Assembly: GCA_003344405.1 (NCBI GenBank)
Contig: NOWV01000023.1
Coordinates: 558,001 to 622,000 of the forward strand
Reading direction: 5' to 3'
DNA from: Trichoplax sp. H2
Taxonomy: Eukaryota
Length of the DNA stretch: 64,000 nt
Shown here: positions 57,501 through 64,000 of the stretch, in pieces
Position numbering within the stretch: position 1 is the first letter of the stretch
How the letters are laid out: each line of letters begins with the position of its first letter
Notes under the pieces: generated by a model
Seen by the model: only the letters and a program-made list of their open reading frames with translations
The model's database searches: none
Told to the model about the DNA's origin: nothing
Program-made: the position numbers and the translations under genes

Positions 57501-59603
57501 ATTATAGCTACGATGTAGACGTACTTGTCTAATGAAGGGTATTTCCTACAAGCTTTTCTTGATATTTTATTGTACTGTACCGTACTTCTCATTACAGTCT
57601 GTAATCAGCTGTATTTCTAAAGATTAGTTATCGATATTAAATTATCTCTATGTAGAAAGCATTTACTTTGTACTGTATTATGTTGTCGCAAAGTGACTTT
57701 TGCTAACTAATGCTTCTCTTATTTTCATCAGATGACATTCTTTCGTATTTATTGAGAATAGCATTATCAATGACGTTATACATTCTTTTATAGAGAAATG
57801 CATAGTTTTTATAAATATCATCTATGAACTGATCGTACACAATAAATGTTTATGTAGAGCTACGATAACTTGGCTAACATTTTAATAAAGTTTAGGTTTA
57901 GTTTTGTCTCAGGAGAGACTAGTTGTGTTACTGTTTACCGTGATAATGGAAGATCATCAGTATTAGAGTCGTACTGTAGGTAGATATCAGGAGGATAAAC
58001 CTGCCGGTAGACTCTTAGCCTTTAGTTTTCTACAGCAGTTATAATTTTCCGTGTCGTTACAAATTTATAACATAGGTCTAACATCGAATCCTAATTCTCC
58101 GCATTTTTTATCCCTATTATAGCGGTATTTTTGCCTGCACTATTTCCACTAATGGTCAGATTGGATCGTTCATTTATTAATGGTATGGGGTTCATAGATA
58201 ACTTTGCGGATAAAGTGTTATCCATGCGAAAAAAAGAAGTAGATTCGAAAGTAATTTATAGAATTATTTTACTATATTCTCTTAGCTGATTAATGTAAAT
58301 TAATTGCAATGATGGCATTTGTGATACTATATATTACGGTACTGCATTATTGTAGCGTCAGGATATAATGCAAATCATGATTGATGCTTCTGATGAGAGT
58401 AAAAAAGGTTCCTTGACCCATGATGAAGCTGTTGGGCAGATCATTACTGTATTGTTGGCTGGCTATGAAACGACTAATAACGCTTTAGGGTATATTGCGT
58501 ACCTGCTAGCATTGCATCCAGAAGTTCAAGATAAGCTAATAAATGAAATCGAAAGTGCATACAATTCAACGGTTAGATATACTACCGGCATTTGGTACAA
58601 GATAACATTTTAGGCTAAATTTCGGTGGTTTTGAAGCCCAATTCTTTTAACATAAATTTAAATAGTCTTAATCCATATTATTCGATAGGATTCCAAGGAA
58701 ATTGATTACGATATTATTATGTATAAGATGGCGTATCTGGATATGGTGATATCAGAAAGCCTAAGATTATATCCGCCAGTGATGTCGTAAATAATTTATC
58801 GTATTAGTTAAGTACTAAAATAAGGATTATACTGCTATTAAAGGCCAAAATTTCTCTACAGAATCGGACGAGAAATTAAAGAAGATTGCGTTATAAAAGG
58901 AGTAAAATTTTTGAAAGGTTTGACCATTGGTATACCTGCTTATGCAATGCATAGAGATCCAGAATTTTGGGAAGAGCCTGAGAAATTTGATCCTGAAAGG
59001 TAGCTACATACGTATACTTTATTAAAACTATTGCAATCGATTAGTGGTAGTTAGCTTAAATCTTTTTAATTTTGCTGCTAATAGAAGCTGCAGAAATTAA
59101 TAATGCTAAATCTAACAAATTTAAACATATTTCGCTATTTGAATTAAAAAGTCTATTCAATTATTGTACTTAAGAGGATGTTCATTTTTAAAAGCGTACC
59201 TATGCATGGTAATGTTGATAAATAAATGTTTCTATTTTATGATTCTGTATCAGATTTTCAGAAGAGAGAAAGAATAGCATAAATACATACGCATATTTGC
59301 CATTCGGTATTGGTCCACGAGCCTGCATTGGTTCTAGATTTGCTTTAATGGAAATAAAACTATGTTTAGTCAAAGTTTTGATGGCATATCGCTTTGTTAC
59401 TTGTCCTGAAACACAGGTAGCTTGCAATACCTCTGCATCCCTGAAACATGTTTATCTTCTTTTATTTTACACTTGCTTGTAATAGCTTTGGCCATTTTGA
59501 ATTAAACAGTTTTGTTTGCAAACTCTAGATTCCTTTGCAGGTCAAATCTGCAGGATCGCTATCCCCACAAAATGGCATTTATCTCAAGATTGAAAAAAGA
59601 TAA
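54578..59603 (+). CDS. Cytochrome P450, CYP clan 3 (CYP3A/CYP5-like), ~13 exons
   Basis: N-terminal anchor, [44 protein letters not shown]-helix LLAGYETT, K-helix ESLR, PERF, heme motif [10 protein letters not shown]; stop TAA 59601-59603. Confidence 0.95.
55430..55667. repeat. Tandem duplication, 2 x ~119 bp, in CYP intron 1
   Basis: catgacgtgct.t.cattctgtacg.ctagaaatccaa.cca.gatacagtagaatatgtgacgagattgt.aagatgcatgattta occurs twice. Confidence 0.9.
55822..56030. repeat. Diverged direct duplication (~80 bp) in CYP intron 1
   Basis: cgtaactatgag.aatt..ggtagaag...cttttcaa..tgagatcat...ctacg at 55822 and 55952. Confidence 0.65.
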
Positions 59604-60352
59604 AGCAAAAATACTTTGCTTTGTGGTTGTTAGTTATTCCCTTTGATACGGCATATTTATGTTTTGATCTTTTAAATAAATTAAATTGAACTTATGATCA
59701 GTATTTATGAAGAAATATCTAGAAAAGGACTATTTATAATTCAATATCATGGTTATATTAATATATCTTATTATTGCTATTCGACACTATAATGAATGGG
59801 TTTATTTACTGCGGTATATAATAGAGTGTAAAGATTATAGAGTTATCGATACTCATGACTGGACCTAACTAATAGTAGTAGCTCGTATGTCTATAGCATT
59901 CATTGCTACTTGTCAGTGTATGAAATGGGACTTTGTACTGATAGTGTGTCGGAATCGCGCATTCTCGTACACTGATAAACTGATCTACTACTGAAATTAA
60001 CCAACTTTAAAAAAGTTAATAAATTGCTTTCAATCTTCCCAAATCAGATGAGATGTGCTTGTATTTTATTGTCTAAATCAAATCAGTCCATCACACTATT
60101 GAAGTATACTGGGTGTCCTAAACACTACTTTCAGTACAACTTACATGGGCGTTGCCACTAACACGATAGACTACTTCTTACTGGCTGTACAGACATACAG
60201 TAAGGACAGCACTTTTATACAATCTGTTCTTGTATTGTAAGCTAATCCCTCCGAAATTTATGAGCCTGTATCCAACCTGCCAACTGAGATCTTGGAGTTT
60301 TTTGTAGTTTAATGCTATAATTGCGTAACATTTGAATGGATACTCTTTGGCG

Positions 60353-63300
60353 ATGCATTCTGGAAACTTATCGCGATTTCTACCAAGGTTAAGCAAAAGT
60401 TCGAAAATAAGTGATATTCGTAGGTACTTACCAGCCGTATTACAATTTAATGCTAAACATCTCGTTGGATTAGCAGCTACTAAAAGTCAAAATTTTGATT
60501 TACCGACGCCCTTCGATCCGGAGGTAAAATTTGTCGACGTTGAGACTGGTAATTTAAATGTTAGCAGTGTGGATCATATTAGAGCAGGCTACACTGATGA
60601 AAATCCTAATGGGTCACCAACTGTCATTACGGTGCATGGATGTCCAGGTATGCTCAATTCCTGCACAAACTATTAGTCGTAGAATAGCAATTTTGTTTAT
60701 AAAATCGTTTGCAAACATAATGTACTATTACAGTTAACGCTATTGCCTTTCTGGGCTCTGGTTTATAAACTCAAAGTACGAGCGTGTTAATAGTGCAGAG
60801 CGAAGCAACATGTAGTTTTGATCGATTGGTAGATTTTTTTAACTGTAGAGCTCGTTATGTTGTAAATTTGCACATCATATAGCATAGTAATTATTCTAAA
60901 TTATAACTTTTTATGATATGCAAAGTAGTCTAGATCAAAGTATTGAGGAAACTATTTACTTGTGATTTCACTCGATGAAGTGTATTGTACGTATTCCTAC
61001 TCTTTGATATTCCTTCTCATGTTTAAATTGATAGCCTTATGAAATAAAGGCCTGACAAAGAAACTGCAGTGAAATGATACTCGTATATCTCGATCATAAT
61101 ATCAGTATGTGGCAATACCTATTCGATAGTAATTTGATCGCTCAGATTGCCTTGAGATTTTGTAAGCATAGTTGTAGTTTATGGTAGTTCGCAAAAATGG
61201 ACAATGTCCATTAGTTTAAAATACTATATTAAATCAATAACTGTGGAAGATATCCAGCTATGATTAGGCGATGGTAACAACGACAACACACGTTTGCATA
61301 CGATTGCTCTGTGATATAGATATCCTGGAAATACTGTGGTACAATACTAAAATATGGACTGCATACTTGTTTGATAAGACTATGATAAACTAACATGATA
61401 AAGCAGTATTACGGTAAACACATTCGTTTCCAATACTTGATAGCATAATAACATTGACGCTGATATATCTACCATAGTTGGAGTTGGATATCCACAGTTT
61501 GATAGTAATTGCTCATTTGTATAATCAGTCATCGTGATGAAATGTTAACATTGAGATATGATCACTACTCTAAATTGCAGAAAACTACTTACTGTTTGCA
61601 CAGTAATAAAGTTAGGTGACTGATGCCTAATTCCGGAGTTATTATAATTAATTAACGTACAAAATCATAGTGCTCTCAGAAATTTCTTTTTTGATAAATA
61701 ATAACTGATCTCAACTTAATAACTAAATAATGATAGATTTATTGACGGACTATGCCCGTCCGATCGTCAGTTACAATAATCTCACAGTATTTCCAAGTGG
61801 TCATAATCAAATAGCGCTCGTTAAAACCGCTAATACTCGGTTATTGAGTGTTAGACTATTGCGCTGTAAATTACTATATTCTTTAATTATGCCCTATTTC
61901 AGCCTGTTGAGTTACAGCAACATCCGTTTTTATACTCGTTCTGAATAAAGCGCCTTGTACAGTGCTCCTTACAAGGTATAGACTGTGCTTGTATTAATTT
62001 CATTCGTATGCTAAATATAAAGCTGCTGTCAACTATAAGTATATCATTTCTATTGTATACTGTAACTTAATCTGCGCGCTTAGGAAATCCATCCACGTCC
62101 TTAGATTCTATCAGTAACAGTGAAATTTTACAGACATTGGCTATTCTAACGAGTGCTTTTACGTTGTATGAATACGTCGCAACTATCTTGAATACTCATC
62201 CAAATAGTGGAGTATCCTGAACTTTGCAGGATAACGCAACCGATTTGCAATTATGTTATTTCTACAATTTTGGGGATATTTTTCCAATTTCGATAACATA
62301 TTTTCCTTCACATTTCATCGTTCCATGATTAAGGAAGCCACTATGATTTTCGTTACTTGGCTACACCTTTGCGTGATGCTGACGTTAGGATAATACGGAT
62401 TAATTTACCAGGATTTGGTCCTACTCCTAAACCATATGATTTTACATATACGCCTGTTAATAAAGCTAACTTTGTTGGCAATTTATTAAACAATATTGGG
62501 ATCAATAGAGTTGGCATGGCAGTTGGACATAGTATGGGATGTGCTTGTGTAACCTCTTTAGTTAGTACACATCCAAATTTGGTTGCATCTTATGCTCTAC
62601 TAGCTAGTTGTGGAACTAGGCCTCATTTTGGACTAAGACCGTATATGTGTAGGTATCTGATTTGGTGAAATGATCTATCTATTTTCAATCAACCTTATAC
62701 TGTAGACACTATATTTGAAATATTGTCTCAATTCTTTTCATGTCATAAAACCAACAACAATTTAGATAATTTAACATATTCATATCAATATTAAATTATT
62801 GTAATCTACCTTAGCCCTTAGTCACTTATAGGATATTTATCTACCGTTAATTGATATTTGCACTTATGATTAGGGATTCAAGCTACAGCAAAACTATTGG
62901 ATGTACCGCTGCTCGGAAGTTTATCATCTGGTTATATAAATAGAATATACGCAAAATTTGGATTTAACCTAGCTAAAACGGTTAAAGATGAAATAGATAA
63001 TAGCCAGCGAATATGTGCTATTGTGGATTTTAACTTTAATACCAAATGTCTTGAATTAATGGGTGATAAGAAGATTCCCACCTTACTAGGCTTTTCACTT
63101 GATGATAAATTAATTGAGCACGAAATCTTTAATGAAATATCGTTATGTCTGGGCTTACCAACGCTTGATGAAATGGTTGGTCTTGAGGAAGCTCGAAGTA
63201 ATTATAAGCTTATGATCTAAGTTAACTGTCTAATATTTGCGATGGATGAATTATGCGTCCGTAACAAAGGCTGGTTGTATTACTTAGATGATATAAATAG

Positions 63301-63898
63301 TATAGCGCGGTGTAAATTTGGAATTATATTAACCTGGTGTCGACAAGGACTATAGCTGTTTTACGTTACTATATTCAAATTGATATACGCGTGCTGTCGA
63401 GCTTGCCCTATACAGTGCAATACAAGAAATTTCATATATTACTATTACTTGAGATAGAGCTAAAATAATATTTGATTAGGTTTACTGTGATAATATGTGT
63501 TATTAAGTACATTCCTGTTCCCGCTCTGATAGCTAATACTTTCGTTTCTAATATTAATCGGTGCTGAGCTTGAGACCTGCAATCGAAAATTATATATAAC
63601 ATATATATTATTATTAGCTTTTTCATCTGCTTACAAAGTGGCCTGTAATATGTACCTACGCAAGACTACCATTATGTAATGAACTATATCATTTCTATTT
63701 CATATTACAGCTGACAAGATGCCTCATGTCACATACGATTGGACAACTGGAATATCTCGTCAACTAGTATTTCATAACAGTGGTCACTACCCTCAAAAAT
63801 TTCATGCAAATCATATTGGAAAAGCAATGTTAGATATTCTGAATAAAATAGACGGCACTAAAGTAAGTATGCAAAGACCTTTAATCAGTGCACATTAG
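60353..63898 (+). CDS. Alpha/beta hydrolase, DUF1057-like
   Basis: Exons 60353-60647, 62334-62648, 62874-~63179 and 63711-63862/63898: VHGCPG|SHYDFRYL..RIIRINLPGFG, nucleophile GHSMG, acid DDKLIE, His SGHYPQK; the last exon may instead splice at aaa|gtaagt (63862) to an exon beyond the window; third donor uncertain. Confidence 0.85.
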
Positions 63899-64000
63899 AT
63901 ATAAGTTATGAAAGATGGATAAGTATCTAAAGCCATATATTGCGTGCTTACAAATTTACGGTTGTAAATTGATATTTAGTAATGTAAATGTCGGATAAAA

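Overview
AT-rich, intron-rich animal genomic DNA, not prokaryotic. Compact genes, mostly short introns and low GC suggest a placozoan such as Trichoplax, but this is an inference. Nine multi-exon genes can be reconstructed by splicing: PPP4R4 (+), FoxN1/4-type forkhead (-), RUVBL2 (+), two tandem WSCD-type sulfotransferase-like paralogs (-), LRRC74 with two EF-hands (-), COMMD9 (-), a clan-3 cytochrome P450 (+) and a DUF1057-like alpha/beta hydrolase (+). The most unusual signals are non-coding. Dense TACAG/CTGTA pentamer arrays sit upstream of several genes. A ~270-290 bp element with imperfect terminal inverted repeats lies in both divergent intergenic regions. There is also a near-perfect 78-nt hairpin, a small palindrome family bracketing RUVBL2, and RFX X-boxes at two promoters that lack the pentamer arrays. 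Coding oddities are the loss of the KTH catalytic motif in both WSCD-like paralogs and two GC-AG introns. Gene identities come from my recollection of family sequences; no searches were run.
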